From the NCBI RefSeq assembly GCF_048593235.1, contig NC_133620.1, positions 293,585,765-293,649,764 of the forward strand: DNA of 64,000 bases, written 5' to 3'. Source of the stretch: Sminthopsis crassicaudata. Taxonomy: Eukaryota. This document shows, one piece after another, positions 62,552-64,000 of the stretch. Numbering within the stretch: the stretch's first letter is position 1; each line of letters starts with the position of its first letter. The notes below the pieces were generated by a model that made no database searches, was not told the DNA's origin, and saw only the letters and a program-made list of their open reading frames with translations. The translations under genes were made by a program, and so were the position numbers.

Positions 62552-63988
62552 CAAACGTCTCTTAATTTCCCACCCGACGGCCCTCTTCTGAATTTCTCTG
62601 TCCCATTTGGAGCTGGGTATCCCCTCCTCACTCCTCCTGGTCCCGCCTCCCCCTTCCCACCCCCACGCCCAATTTCACCTATTGGGGGATTATGTTACTT
62701 GTTAGAGGGGGGCAGGGAGGGGCCGGAAGGAAGGAAAACACACTTCTTAAGGGCTTCTTTTGGCTCTTCTTTGTACCCCAAAGCTGAGCCTGACACGCAG
62801 TAAGCACAATCAAGAAAATAACTTTTATTTATTAATAAAATTCAAGCACTTGCCTGAGTGATTGATGGATTCACTTTACTATGAAATCCGGAGAAGAGGA
62901 GCCATTGTGATTCCCGGTTTACAAGGTTCACGGCTTTCCAGTACGCCCGGCCGCTAGGTGGCGCAATGGATGGAATGCCAGGCCAGAAGTCAGGAAGGCC
63001 TCAGTTCAAATACGGCGCTCGGTGCTTATGGGCTGTGTGTCCTTAGGCAAGTCACATGACCGTACTTCTCTCCCTTTCCTCTTCGGTAAAAATGAGCTGA
63101 AGGAGCAAATGGCAAACTACTCCGGTATCTTTGTCAAAAACATCTCAAAAGGGGTCCCGGAGAGTCGGACACGCCTGAAAAGTGACTATCCAACAGTCCG
63201 GTAGAGTGGCTGTTTGTTTCCTTTTAGTTAGGGGTGTTTGGATATAGGGTGGAGCGTCCTTAAGTTTTCCAGATACTGGGCAGTCCGGCGAAATGTATGC
63301 ACGCCTCAGAGTAATGCTTTCAAGTACACAAAGGAAAATAGGATTACAAGGGAAACCGATTAAATAGAAGTGCAGTTGTCAAAGGGCTCAAAGAAAAAAA
63401 AAAAAAAAAGCCAAGGACCCCCAGATTAATAACCCCTGCTTTCAAGTATAAATTGCATGTAAAGGCAACCTGATGCTCCTTTCCTCCTTCCCTCCCCTCC
63501 CCCCCCATCTCCGCAACATATTCCAACGACTGGAAATTTAAACTTTTCACACTAGGATGTAAAACCACGACATGATATGGCGCGTAACCCGACAAGGGGG
63601 TGGGGGCGCCCCGGCAAGACTAGCCAAATGACGAACTGATTGAACTAAAGTCAACGCCTGTCAACACTTTGCAAGAATGGCTTCCGAGTTTAGAATGGAA
63701 AATGAGAAGCTAAATCTAGTGTTTCTGAAAAGAATCACCCGCCGTTCCTGGTAAAGAAATAAAAAAAGAATTGAGTAAAAGGGGAGCGCTGGCTCTTCGG
63801 GATTGTCTCTCTGCTCCTTCCTGTCCTATGAGAAGGAAGCCGAGGTCCAAGGGGAGGCGGAGCCTCAGAGTCAATTTCCCACCGCCCTCTTGCTGTTTTC
63901 AAAGAGGTCCGCACGAACCTTATATAAAGAGGTCGCGCAGCCCGCTTCCAACTGTCAGGCTTTCAGTGTCCGAACGTTACTCTCAGCC

Positions 63989-64000
63989 ATGTCCGGTCGT
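63989..64000 (+). CDS. H4: Start of histone H4 copy 2 (truncated by window end)
   Basis: ATG TCC GGT CGT (MSGR) preceded by the mirrored H4 site II and TATA promoter at about 63895-63928. Confidence 0.9.

Overview
Mammalian genomic DNA, very probably an Australian (dasyurid-like) marsupial judged from WSINE1/Mar1-type SINEs and the L1/LTR families (inference). Left third: one intact family-2 olfactory receptor gene (6067-7023) in AT-rich DNA with SINEs, L1/RTE fragments and a decayed gamma-type ERV. The rest is a large inverted duplication (palindrome): arms of at least 12 kb (25579-37562 and 52017-64000, the right arm runs off the window) that are nearly identical in spot checks. Each arm carries replication-dependent histone genes H4, H3.2, H2A and H2B plus an H1 pseudogene. 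The ~14.5 kb spacer is mostly nested endogenous-retrovirus sequence. It includes a very young, TSD-flanked, non-autonomous beta-like LTR element (42310-46270) that has lost recognisable pro/pol/env but keeps an open 340-aa ORF (coiled coil, hydrophobic anchor, then weakly Gag-like sequence), a 49-bp tandem array, and an ATG plus splice donor inside its LTR. All alignments were done by eye; family names for repeats are provisional.
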